Of a stretch of 41,524 nucleotides of DNA, positions 1 to 8,956 are shown piece after piece. The translations under genes and the position numbers were made by a program. The notes beneath the pieces were generated by a model. The model ran no database searches, was not told where the DNA came from, and saw nothing but the letters and a program-made list of their open reading frames with translations. Each line of letters begins with the position of its first letter. Position 1 is the first letter of the stretch. The stretch lies in IMG/VR virus record IMGVR_UViG_3300025718_000162, positions 1 to 41,524 of that record; one strand, given 5' to 3'. The DNA comes from a virus. Lineage: Duplodnaviria > Caudoviricetes.

Positions 1-99
1 TCTTCCACCATCAATTCAAATACAGAGTTCAGATGCAAATTCGCATCTGCCTAGTTTTATTGCATATTTCTATGCAGATTGTCTAGGAACAAAGCGCAC
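1..99 (-). mobile_element. 5' terminal 99 bp of the group II intron (identical to 41409-41507)
   Basis: Exact match to 41409-41507; the minus strand starts GTGCG at 99, directly after dinB codons ...GIVLAK. Confidence 0.93.
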
Positions 100-237
100 C
101 TTTGCCAACACAATACCATGGCGTGCTTCAATATCGCCACAAACAATAACTGGCTTATCACGAATTTCTGGTCTATATAGGCACTCTACAGATGCGTAAT
201 AATTATTAAGGTCTACGTGTAAAATTGTACGACTCAC
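100..237 (-). CDS. dinB: DNA polymerase IV / Y-family polymerase, 5' exon (46 codons)
   Basis: GTG start with AAGGTGA RBS; reads MSRTILHVDLNNYYASVECLYRPEIRDKPVIVCGDIEARHGIVLAK (Y-family motif I); ends in phase 0 at the intron GTGCG. Confidence 0.93.
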
Positions 238-259
238 TATAATATCACCTTACCCTTTA

Positions 260-306
260 CGAACATCCGTTCTGTTCATTATAGAGTTAAGGTACTCAAA
301 AAGCAA
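260..306 (-). promoter_or_regulatory. SOS (LexA/Cheo) box and sigmaA promoter of dinB
   Basis: GAAC-ATCC-GTTC at 261-272; minus strand TTGCTT (306-301), 17 bp spacer, TATAAT (283-278). Confidence 0.85.
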
Positions 307-326
307 GTAGCAGTTGTTGGCAAATA

Positions 327-380
327 AAAATAGCCTGCTCCGCTGGATAACCAGTGATGCAGGCTAATAGCATTTTTTAT
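327..380 (-). terminator. Intrinsic terminator after ORF 706-392
   Basis: TAGCCTGC...GCAGGCTA stem with flanking A/T runs. Confidence 0.6.
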
Positions 381-391
381 TAGAATATCTA

Positions 392-706
392 CTATTCTTT
401 ATAAAAATCGTCTAAGTCTACTACGACATTATATGCAATGTTATTTAAAATTTCTTGATGCTCATCAAATTGTTCTTTTGTATTTGTTTCCTCAGGCAAG
501 TTTGCAAACTTGCCCTTATTGTCTTCCACCGACTTAGACATTATTCTATCAAACTTTATTCTAGATGGCTCACTTAATTGATCATATTTGCTACATATTT
601 CTTCATCAACATGATCATCCCAATCGTCTCCTGCAATCTCTCTTGCTCGGTAAATATCAAAAAGTTCACGTCCGCTAAAAACTTTTTCAGCTTTACATAT
701 ACTCAT
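392..706 (-). CDS. Hypothetical acidic protein
   Basis: 104 aa ORF, AAAGGAG RBS, downstream terminator. Confidence 0.75.
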   Translation of the reverse strand: MSICKAEKVFSGRELFDIYRAREIAGDDWDDHVDEEICSKYDQLSEPSRIKFDRIMSKSVEDNKGKFANLPEETNTKEQFDEHQEILNNIAYNVVVDLDDFYKE

Positions 707-773
707 TCAACTTAACTCCTTTCAATATCAACTTAATATATATATTATCACTCATCCTAGTTTCTAAACAAAT

Positions 774-817
774 AAAAAAACCACTACCAAGTCATAATGA
801 CCTGATAGTGGCTTTTG
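774..817. terminator. Hairpin / bidirectional terminator
   Basis: AAAACCACTA...TAGTGGCTTTT. Confidence 0.5.
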
Positions 818-1125
818 TGTTGATAACTTTTATTTTATTCTGCGCCCGGCAGGTGACGTTTTAAGGCTATAAAAATCAATTAGAAAAAGGGCACCTAAGA
901 GCTAACTGCAAGTTCAAAGAGCGAACGCGAATGGCAAAAATATCTGCACTAAGGATTGTTGAGTTGAGAGCAAAAAGCGTCAACTCCTAAGTGCGTATAC
1001 CGTAAAATCTTTTTGTTAGGGTATCTTTCTTAGTATGGCAGGGGAATAATGTAATTTATGGAATTCTATATAATAATAAAATAAACTTTTCAGTAAACAT
1101 CAAATAATAAAAAGGTTGTGTTGTA

Positions 1126-1740
1126 ATGAAAAGTACAATAATGTCCATTGTGATGTTCTTCTTACTAATACCAAGTGGCTTTGCGGCTCCACCTAGTATT
1201 GATAATTTTCCTACTGCTAAATCAACAATAGGAATTTTTATGGAGGCTCCTGTAACATTCGTTAATAACGAAATGGTTAGAAAAACAGTCCCTGAAAAAG
1301 CAAAAAGTTTATTTCCAGCGGCTAGTTTCAATGTTCTACCCTTCGACATAACATCAATGGAATTAAGGACATATAAAGAAGATCATCGAATGAATATTAC
1401 CCCGCAATATTCCCAGCCGGTAAATAGGCAAGATATACAAACAATCTCTAAAAATCTTAATTGCGACTATGCTTTATTTATAATAATCACTAATGAAGCT
1501 CCAAGAGTTGGCGCTGGATTATTTTCGATCACATTTAGGACAACCGTAACGTGTGATGTAAGGCTATTAGATATTAATACAGGTAAATACCTTACTAGCA
1601 AGCAAATAATTAAAGACGGGTCAAGCACGGCTATATATATGGGGGTCCCATCGTTTGATAGGGCATATAGAGATGCACTAGGTAAAGCGTTAGACGAATT
1701 GACTATTGATACATCAGTGATGGTAAAATCAGTGGAATAA
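1126..1740 (+). CDS. Secreted/periplasmic protein (possible CsgG/LpoB-like fold)
   Basis: N-terminal signal peptide ending GFA; DYALFIII and CDVRLLDINTGKYL strands. Confidence 0.75.
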   Translation: MKSTIMSIVMFFLLIPSGFAAPPSIDNFPTAKSTIGIFMEAPVTFVNNEMVRKTVPEKAKSLFPAASFNVLPFDITSMELRTYKEDHRMNITPQYSQPVNRQDIQTISKNLNCDYALFIIITNEAPRVGAGLFSITFRTTVTCDVRLLDINTGKYLTSKQIIKDGSSTAIYMGVPSFDRAYRDALGKALDELTIDTSVMVKSVE

Positions 1741-1749
1741 TAAAAAGGA

Positions 1750-2496
1750 GTGTTTCGTGTGAAGAAAATATTCATAGTTATTTGTTTGTTATTTTCCCCT
1801 ATAGTGGCACATGCAGAGGATGTTTATTGTGGCGATTATAATGGCAAACCGGCATATGTCGATATAGATAGCATTGAAAAAGATTCACATAGGACTGGTG
1901 TGTGGGAGATAACCAATTACGGTATTTACCCCCAGTTCAGCGACTCATATTCCGCTAACATTAATGCTGATGGCTTATGGTACAAAGTTAATTTTAGTAT
2001 ACAAAGACAGGCCTCATATTCCGTATGGATATTAGATAAAAATAAAAAAAATTTACATACACCAATCAATACAATAAAGTTTGACTTCGCTTTTCAAACG
2101 GTACAAGAATATTATCCGGAGGCTAACCGTAGGAGCGAGGCAATTGCAAAGAAAAAGTTAGAAGAAGCGGATATAAAAGCAATTGAAAATGCAAAAATAC
2201 ATAATAATGCACTCGAAGAAGGAATAAATTTGGATGACCCAAAATATAAAACGGGCTATGTTACCCTCCCTTATAAATATCAAACTAAACTTGAATTGAA
2301 CGCATCATTGACGAATGCAATAATGAAATATACTATGGCTTATAATATTGCACCTGCTCCAAAAAACATTACACCTGAGTTGCGTTCATTGGCACTTGAA
2401 GTAAAAAGTATATGTGAATTTTTCACTAAGGAAGAATTAATCAAATATGCTGGCAGTGATATAGAAATGCAAAAAGCATTACTCTCATTCAAATAG
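1750..2496 (+). CDS. Secreted hypothetical protein
   Basis: Signal peptide ending AHA; AAGGAG RBS; coupled to the upstream gene. Confidence 0.75.
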   Translation: MFRVKKIFIVICLLFSPIVAHAEDVYCGDYNGKPAYVDIDSIEKDSHRTGVWEITNYGIYPQFSDSYSANINADGLWYKVNFSIQRQASYSVWILDKNKKNLHTPINTIKFDFAFQTVQEYYPEANRRSEAIAKKKLEEADIKAIENAKIHNNALEEGINLDDPKYKTGYVTLPYKYQTKLELNASLTNAIMKYTMAYNIAPAPKNITPELRSLALEVKSICEFFTKEELIKYAGSDIEMQKALLSFK

Positions 2497-2539
2497 TTAT
2501 TCAATATTTGCAGGGTAGGAAAACATTTTTATAGATAAA

Positions 2540-2585
2540 AAAGAGCATCTCAAGATAAGTAATTTCTTATCTGGGATGCTCTTAA
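2540..2585. terminator. Bidirectional terminator between convergent genes
   Basis: AAGAGCATCTCAAGATAAG...CTTATCTGGGATGCTCTT. Confidence 0.7.
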
Positions 2586-2591
2586 TTTACT

Positions 2592-5534
2592 TTATCCTAA
2601 CACTGGCTCAAATCCCCTTGCGCGAGTTCTAAAATGTTTTGCAATTTTATCACCGCCACCAGATTTTAACCAACCATCTACGCTCTTACCATCCCATGCC
2701 TGGATAGTAAAGTTATTATTTATTACAGGTTGTTGTTGATCATGATTTTGATTTCCTGTTTTACTAATATTGTTGCCGCTACTGGCTACGAAATTGTGGT
2801 TACTTTCTATAGTTGATAAACTTGGACCAGTAACAAGGCCACCAGTAGCAAACCCGGGAAGCTTACCAGTATTTAATATTTCCAATGTTCCAAGACCTAA
2901 CGATCTGGCGGCATTGGCATTTAAAACATATTCGCCATTACTGAGCCATGCTGGAATACTATCAGACGTTCCTGACCCCGATCCCCACACAGCCCCACCA
3001 GTGGAAAAACCTTTCGCTATTCCTGTACCTACTACCGCCGTTGCCGCCATGCCTAACATTGCCGGCACTGCGTTAGCACCTGCGCTTGCTAAACTCCGAA
3101 GAACAGCGGCTGGTGCCCAGGCGGCCGCACTTGCGGCGGCGTTCGCTTTATCTTTTGAAGCATCTTGTTTGCCGAACAAAGATGTAAGAATTTGCCCTGC
3201 AATCCATTGAGCCACAAAATCGGCAACAACTTTTGCCATTGTTTGCCCTAAAGTCTGAAAAGCACTGCCTATACTATTAACATCCATAAGAATACTAGAA
3301 AATGCCGTACCTAATCCGGTTAATGCAGTACTATATAAATCAGCCATTAATTGTGCAGTCGTTGCGTGTGCTTGTCTGTATGCTTGCTGATATGTGTCCA
3401 TCATAGCTTGTTGTGCTGTGTAATTATTTAATCGTACAGCATTTTCAGCTGTTAAAGCCTCCTGTAATGCTCCCATGCTATTAGATGTATAGGCCGCATC
3501 AATACTAGCCTGTATATCTTTACAAGATGAATAAGCATTAACAATATCAGTTGCTAATTTGTCATTAATAGCCTTAGTCTTTATTGCCGTATCTTGTGCC
3601 AAATTTATCTGAGTATTAGACATATCGGCAGAACCAGCAATAACACTAGCTGCTAGTTCAGCAGCATCAATTTTCATACCATCCTTAGTGACGGTAAATT
3701 GTTTACCGTTTGCTATCCACGCTTCAATGGATTGCAATTTCATTTCGTTAGTTTTGGAAGTGAAGTCCTGCTCCATATCCCGGGCCGATTCTTTTATGTC
3801 ATTAATTTTACCAATTGCATCAGATTCTAGGTTGAATTTTAATTTACTACTGCCAGTTGTGTTTACTTCCGCCAGTTGATCATTTAGGGATTTCGCATCG
3901 GATAACGCTTTATCCCATATATTATTTGAGTCTTTTTGCTGATCTTCCATAATTTTTTTATGTTTTGCGGCATATATTTGGTCAAGCCTCATAAGGTCAT
4001 TGGTGTAGTTTTCATTAGCTGAAGCTGATTTATTAAGATCTTCAAGCTCTTTACTATACCAATTATCTAACGCATCAACTTGCGTACCTGTTAGGCTTAT
4101 CCATTCATCCTTTATAGAGTCAGAAGTAGCTTTTGCTGTTTTTTGCAAATCCTCAAAAGCTTTTGCCGCATCATCAATTGCATTAGATCCGCCACCGCCA
4201 CTACCGCCGCTAATTTCAGGCATTGTAAAAGGTGTTACGGGTGGAGGAACAGGTTTTGCATTTCTCTTAGACCAATAATCAGATGGTAAGTCGTTGGTAT
4301 CTTCACCACGTTTAAAATCAGCCATACCATTAACTATGTTCATTTGTTGTAATGCATAAGATGCGGCATTGCCAACATCTATATAGCCGGCTGTTAATCC
4401 ATTTGCTGAATTTCTTGCTACATTCATTTGTCCTGCGCCGTCATATATTGCATTATTCATTGCCGTTGTTTCTGCACCAGCTTTAGTTGATTGATAAGCT
4501 AATACGCCTAACAATGTCGTAATAGCCGCGCCAGCTATCATATATGGACCTAATGATGCAGTTACCGCCCATATTGCCAATCTCGTTTCATAAAGTGCAG
4601 GAACCATTCTACCTATTAATGCTCCAGACACTGCCAGTATAGATAATTCAACACTGGCAGGGACCATCTCAATCATAGCTTTACCAATGCCTAGCTGTCT
4701 TGTTTGTGCGCTAAATTCTTCTAATGTCGCTAATGCGCTAGTAGTTACTTCTTTTAAATCAAAAGCAACTACTATATCTTCACCAACTTTACGCATTGTT
4801 GCGGAAACTTTATCTTGAATATTAGACATTAACCCTGTTATGGTTTGACTTTGTTTTTCCATCATTCCGCCGTATTTAGTGCTCATGCCTGCCAACATTC
4901 CAGAAATCGCGGAATTAGTATCAATTGCCTTATTTTCAGCTAGTTTCATAGCTGTCGGTATATCGGTACCAATCGCTTCAGCTAATAAAGCCCAGCTCGG
5001 TAATCCCGCTTCCGCTAATTGCCCCATTTCTTCTGCTGATACCATGCCTTTTGCTTTCATCTGAGAAAAAGCTAATATAACTCGATCTAATGTTTGAGAT
5101 GTTCCACCGACTGCCGCTACTGCATCACCCAAATTAGTTAACGTTGGTATTATTTCTTCTGCTGAATACCCCATAGCCAACATTCGCTTTGATCCGGCAA
5201 TTAGACCATCAAAAGTAAATGGCGTGGCCTCGGCAAATGATTGCAAGCTTTGTAAAAAAGTATTAGCCGCTTGTGCTGATCCTAGCATTGTTTCAAAAGC
5301 TATTTTATTTTGCTCCATACTAGCGGCCATCTTTACACTTGCAACACCTACCGCACCCATACTAATCGCCAAAGCCCCCATTAATTGACCTGCCATATCT
5401 ACAGTCGATGAACTAGCGGCCATTGCCTCTGGTCCGAACGCTCGGCGCATTTGACGACGAGCGTTTTCTAATTCGCGGCGTAGACCGCTAGAGTTCGCAC
5501 CTATGCGAATCATGAGTTCTGCAACTGTCGCCAT
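2592..5534 (-). CDS. Phage tail tape measure protein
   Basis: 980 aa, Ala/Gly-rich; IAFETMLGS...FAEATPF...QMKAKG...EEMGQLAEAG tape-measure domain; C-terminal GSGTSDSIPAWLSNGEYV and FATGG motifs. Confidence 0.92.
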   Translation of the reverse strand: MATVAELMIRIGANSSGLRRELENARRQMRRAFGPEAMAASSSTVDMAGQLMGALAISMGAVGVASVKMAASMEQNKIAFETMLGSAQAANTFLQSLQSFAEATPFTFDGLIAGSKRMLAMGYSAEEIIPTLTNLGDAVAAVGGTSQTLDRVILAFSQMKAKGMVSAEEMGQLAEAGLPSWALLAEAIGTDIPTAMKLAENKAIDTNSAISGMLAGMSTKYGGMMEKQSQTITGLMSNIQDKVSATMRKVGEDIVVAFDLKEVTTSALATLEEFSAQTRQLGIGKAMIEMVPASVELSILAVSGALIGRMVPALYETRLAIWAVTASLGPYMIAGAAITTLLGVLAYQSTKAGAETTAMNNAIYDGAGQMNVARNSANGLTAGYIDVGNAASYALQQMNIVNGMADFKRGEDTNDLPSDYWSKRNAKPVPPPVTPFTMPEISGGSGGGGSNAIDDAAKAFEDLQKTAKATSDSIKDEWISLTGTQVDALDNWYSKELEDLNKSASANENYTNDLMRLDQIYAAKHKKIMEDQQKDSNNIWDKALSDAKSLNDQLAEVNTTGSSKLKFNLESDAIGKINDIKESARDMEQDFTSKTNEMKLQSIEAWIANGKQFTVTKDGMKIDAAELAASVIAGSADMSNTQINLAQDTAIKTKAINDKLATDIVNAYSSCKDIQASIDAAYTSNSMGALQEALTAENAVRLNNYTAQQAMMDTYQQAYRQAHATTAQLMADLYSTALTGLGTAFSSILMDVNSIGSAFQTLGQTMAKVVADFVAQWIAGQILTSLFGKQDASKDKANAAASAAAWAPAAVLRSLASAGANAVPAMLGMAATAVVGTGIAKGFSTGGAVWGSGSGTSDSIPAWLSNGEYVLNANAARSLGLGTLEILNTGKLPGFATGGLVTGPSLSTIESNHNFVASSGNNISKTGNQNHDQQQPVINNNFTIQAWDGKSVDGWLKSGGGDKIAKHFRTRARGFEPVLG

Positions 5535-5744
5535 TTATTTTACCTCCATTTCGCGATATATCTCATCTACCATTTCAGATACACATATCCAATATATGGT
5601 CTTTTTTTTAGTAAGTCCAAGACTTTTAAATCCTTGTGGCGTTTTTTTTATTCTTTCAAAAAACCTCATGATTTCCATAAAGGGGTATAAGCCTTTCTGC
5701 TTTATTTCAGCCAGTAATTTCTGCTTGATTTTTTCTTTATCCAT
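5535..5744 (-). CDS. Small basic hypothetical protein
   Basis: GAGGAGG RBS; abuts the tape measure start. Confidence 0.65.
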   Translation of the reverse strand: MDKEKIKQKLLAEIKQKGLYPFMEIMRFFERIKKTPQGFKSLGLTKKKTIYWICVSEMVDEIYREMEVK

Positions 5745-5818
5745 TTCTTCCTCCTCGTAGATAATTTGAATGTAGCGGCGCGTTCTCCCGCCAACGTTGT
5801 TTTAACCACCTCCTTTAT

Positions 5819-6175
5819 CTACTTTCTGCTAGCCAAAAACGCATCAAAACCATCATCAGGCAGCTGGTCTTGTTCAGTTTTATGTAATAAGTCTGTCAAT
5901 TGCTTAATAATGCTGGAATAATTTTTAATCATGGAATTATATACCTCAACCTCTGATGATTTTTTAACACCATACTGATTAGCCCCATTTTGATACTTTT
6001 CAATTACGCCCTTCTCATTGATTTCATCCTGCAATTCCTGTAGTGTCACAGCCATAAAAGCGGCGTTCTCAATCAATGCTTTTACTGCATTTTTCAGTTT
6101 ACTATCCATCTTTGTGAACATCGCTGAAATTCTATTTATTTCTGTTGCTATTTTGTTTTGTTTGGCTATATCCAC
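5819..6175 (-). CDS. terS: Putative terminase small subunit (family A)
   Basis: LIENAAFMAVTLQELQDEINEKGVIEKYQNGANQYGVKKS...YNSMIKNY...IIKQL, typical of Bacillota cos-phage TerS. Confidence 0.75.
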   Translation of the reverse strand: MDIAKQNKIATEINRISAMFTKMDSKLKNAVKALIENAAFMAVTLQELQDEINEKGVIEKYQNGANQYGVKKSSEVEVYNSMIKNYSSIIKQLTDLLHKTEQDQLPDDGFDAFLASRK

Positions 6176-6204
6176 TTAGTTCACCTCATTTTCTTATTTG
6201 GTAG

Positions 6205-6297
6205 ACTACACCCCTCACACGAACAGCACGCGTATTATTTGATGCTCCACTACCGGTCCATAGGATATCGACTACCCCTGCATGACCTGGGGGCTAT
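6205..6297 (-). other. cos-like packaging region upstream of terS A
   Basis: GC-rich island (minus strand) GCCCCC...GGACCGGTAGTGG...ACGCG...GTGAGGGGTGTAG, the layout usual before TerS in cos phages. Confidence 0.55.
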
Positions 6298-6345
6298 TGC
6301 CTACCTAACTGACGCCTCGATGTAATGCTCTGTAGTCATCCGCCT

Positions 6346-6663
6346 TTACATCTCTTCATCATCTTTGCTCACGGGCTCTACTGCCCTCACTGATTTCAGC
6401 CCTAATTCATTTAAGACCCTCAGCATCTGAGCATTAGTTTTATTTAACTCGCTGATGGAGTCATTTTTCTTAAAACCTTCTTGACCACCGCCATTGCTCC
6501 ACTTTATAGATACACCCCTAGCTTTAATGTCTTTAATGAGTTTATTTTTAATCTCCCATAAAGACATATAATCATCAATCATGTCTAGGTAATAGCTGTT
6601 AAAAATACCATTACGCTCTAATTGATCGATAAGGTCTTCCTTAATATCTACCTCTTCTGCCAT
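6346..6663 (-). CDS. terS: P27-family terminase small subunit (family B)
   Basis: Likely start MAEEVDIK; YYLDMIDDYMSLWEIKNKLIKDIKARGV...NGGGQEGFKKNDS...NAQMLRVLNELGL. Confidence 0.85.
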   Translation of the reverse strand: MAEEVDIKEDLIDQLERNGIFNSYYLDMIDDYMSLWEIKNKLIKDIKARGVSIKWSNGGGQEGFKKNDSISELNKTNAQMLRVLNELGLKSVRAVEPVSKDDEEM

Positions 6664-6665
6664 GC

Positions 6666-6772
6666 TACCACCCCCCTTCATGCGCGATATTTTAAATAAA
6701 TCTAAACTGGAACTTCCCCTCCCGGTCCCTGGGTTTCCATAGGGAAAACGAAATATTTTACTGGGGGGAGTT
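6666..6772 (-). other. cos-like packaging region upstream of terS B
   Basis: Minus strand CCCCCC...GGGACCGGGAGGGGAAG...TCGCGC...AAGGGGGGTGG immediately before the ATG. Confidence 0.6.
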
Positions 6773-6817
6773 TCCATTTACATTGATAATTAGCGCTCCC
6801 CTTAACTCTTATATAAA

Positions 6818-7225
6818 TTATTTCCCCTCTGTTATTTCCAATAATCGCCCGTACTTAAATACATTAATAGCATTCACTATGGCAGTAACTCTGTCATTAT
6901 CAACACATATATCCTGCATGCCCTCAGCTCCATCAGCACTCATGAAGACTGTGCCACTAGCACTGGTATACACTTCATAATCCCTAATATCTTCTTCCAT
7001 TTCATCACCATGATCTTCTAGTAATAACTCTACTAATTCTTGATATAGTCCTTCGATTAGCGTTAGCTTTTTAACATTTACGGTAAAATTAGGGCATATA
7101 GCCTGTCCTCCATTATAAGTACCAATTATTACAACATCAGAATCATAACAACAGCTACCTTGTCTATTGTAAGAGCACTCATTAGCATGGCAAATATATG
7201 TCTTCTTGTTTTTCAAAATAAACAC
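6818..7225 (-). CDS. Hypothetical protein with Cys-rich N-terminus
   Basis: 135 aa; CxANECSYN...C...C motif; AAAGGGAT RBS. Confidence 0.65.
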   Translation of the reverse strand: MFILKNKKTYICHANECSYNRQGSCCYDSDVVIIGTYNGGQAICPNFTVNVKKLTLIEGLYQELVELLLEDHGDEMEEDIRDYEVYTSASGTVFMSADGAEGMQDICVDNDRVTAIVNAINVFKYGRLLEITEGK

Positions 7226-7375
7226 ATCCCTTTAATTTATTTAATATTTAATATCAGCTTTAACTTACTAGCCCTTAATTTGCCAGTTCTAAGTTGTCCT
7301 CTATATACCCACGGCTGTGACCAATAGCTAACACAATGAAGATAACTATCCCTTTCCTTACAACTTTAGCTGATC

Positions 7376-7915
7376 TCATATTGCGATACCTTTTTGCAGA
7401 AATTCTCTTGCGTGATAAAATAAAACACTATGAATGAATGATCCACTATTTACTGATAGAGTGAAATTTAACCTTATGTCATAGCGAGCTTCAAAGGTTC
7501 TTAATGTTCCCATGTATGCCGATGGACTGTATTCACACCTATACTTTTTATTCTGTATGTCCTGCCAGGTAGCATCTTCTACTAATAAATATAGCTTTGA
7601 ACCTTTAGACCTCAAGAACTCATTCTCGATCTGTGTTCTACCTGCGGTTAAATTTTGAGCTAATTCGTCCAAATTTGCTTTACGTTCAATATTAATATTA
7701 TCTGATAGGTAAATATCTCTCATTACACCTAATTCAATGTTCTTAGGAATATAAGCAGTGTAATCGCCGTAATCTAATTTTTGCACCTTGAACGGCACAC
7801 GCTTATCGGTAAAGTATTTCGTAATATGCTGGTTCTTCTGTTCTCTTGTATCAACTACCATCGTTAGACTCTTAAGTAATGCCTTACTTTCCGCATCTGT
7901 GTAAAAACTCCTCAT
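7376..7915 (-). CDS. ERCC4/XPF-domain nuclease
   Basis: VDTREQ, KLDYGDY and IERKANLDEL motifs. Confidence 0.9.
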   Translation of the reverse strand: MRSFYTDAESKALLKSLTMVVDTREQKNQHITKYFTDKRVPFKVQKLDYGDYTAYIPKNIELGVMRDIYLSDNINIERKANLDELAQNLTAGRTQIENEFLRSKGSKLYLLVEDATWQDIQNKKYRCEYSPSAYMGTLRTFEARYDIRLNFTLSVNSGSFIHSVLFYHAREFLQKGIAI

Positions 7916-7952
7916 ACAATTTTAAAAGCTCCTTTTGTTTTATTTATCATTA

Positions 7953-8393
7953 CTAACCCATCGACTTTCTTTTACTGTGAGATTTTTGCCAGTACCAATG
8001 TTTATTGATTGGATCCCACCAAAAACCAACATCCTTTAATTGATTTCTCATATCATAAGCACGGCCTCCTTTACTATTGGCAATTATAATTTCATCCCAA
8101 ATAGTGCAATCAATATCCATATTAAGTAATAGATCAATAATTTCTTGTCTTCTCCAGACTGTTGTTTCTTGCTGGTACTCTGGTTGCTTATATCCATCGC
8201 CTTTATGGCTGGGCTTTGGTTTATTAAATGGATCATTCTTTAATGCTTCATATTCCAAATTTATAGTTGCCATTAACTCAGTACTACCACCTAAATCAGG
8301 ATGATATTTTTTACTCAACAACCTATATTCTTTCTTAAGCTGATCCTTATCTAAATAATAGGTTTGCTTAAAGTACCTCGTTTTTCTTACCAA
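7953..8393 (-). CDS. J-domain (DnaJ-like) protein
   Basis: LKKEYRLLSKKYHPDLGGSTELMATINLEY; C-terminal GFWWDPINKHWYW. Confidence 0.85.
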   Translation of the reverse strand: MVRKTRYFKQTYYLDKDQLKKEYRLLSKKYHPDLGGSTELMATINLEYEALKNDPFNKPKPSHKGDGYKQPEYQQETTVWRRQEIIDLLLNMDIDCTIWDEIIIANSKGGRAYDMRNQLKDVGFWWDPINKHWYWQKSHSKRKSMG

Positions 8394-8413
8394 TCAAATC
8401 ACCTATTTTTTAT

Positions 8414-8581
8414 TTATTTATCACCTTTTCTGTTCATTGATTTCTCATATCGTAAAACACCTTTACCACGTTTCACACATTTAGCCTATAAATCAGGATT
8501 CGTTTTTAATAAGTCATGTATCTCTGATTCGTAAATACTTAATATGTATCTTGTTAAATGAAGATTATATAATTTACTCAC
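8414..8581 (-). pseudogene. Small phage-type ORF with an in-frame TAG
   Basis: GAGGTGG RBS, GTG start; MSKLYNLHLTRYILSIYESEIHDLLKTNPDL*AKCVKRGKGVLRYEK...; TAG at 8488-8486. Confidence 0.45.
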
Positions 8582-8621
8582 ACGCCACCTCGCTTGTAGA
8601 GTCCTTTTTTGTAATTAAAAA

Positions 8622-8956
8622 CCTAAATGATACGGGCTTTAGCCTAAATGATACGGACTTGATACGGATATTTTTGTATATGTGTATCAATGAACATCAG
8701 TATTTATAAGGGTTTATATCTACTTGATACGGAAGATACGGTTATTTACGACCCTTCCTTGTAGGTTTACTATATATACCCCATTCTCACTATATGAGAA
8801 TATACTATTTATTCTTACCAACCTTCTAAGGTGTAAAAAAAGAGTGTATCTTCCGTATCAATACCCCTTGAATGTGCAGAGATGCTAGACTTTTTGGATA
8901 CACATTGCTCAAATTTTCCGTATCCGATGTGTATCCTCCTATTAAAGTCCGTATCA
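8622..8956. repeat. Iteron origin of the primase-helicase module
   Basis: Five GATACGG on + (8629, 8650, 8661, 8726, 8735) and three CCGTATC (8853, 8918, 8949) plus GTGTATC variants around an AT-rich centre, at the 3' end of the helicase gene. Confidence 0.85.

Noticed and set aside
840-862. Class C group II intron 5' remnant (TGCGCCCGGCA after a terminator)
   Set aside because: Only about 11 nt of resemblance, no GTGCG and no further intron domains
2770-5064. Plus-strand ORFs inside the tape measure gene (and similar ones within the primase, ATPase, dinB and RT genes)
   Set aside because: Antisense shadow ORFs with no RBS or motifs
6664-6777. N-terminal extension of the 143-aa terS ORF
   Set aside because: It is a translation of the cos-like GC island; the RBS-like G-run precedes the ATG at 6663
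8486-8488. Pyrrolysine or TAG recoding
   Set aside because: Single case, explicable as TGG>TAG; other genes end normally at TAG
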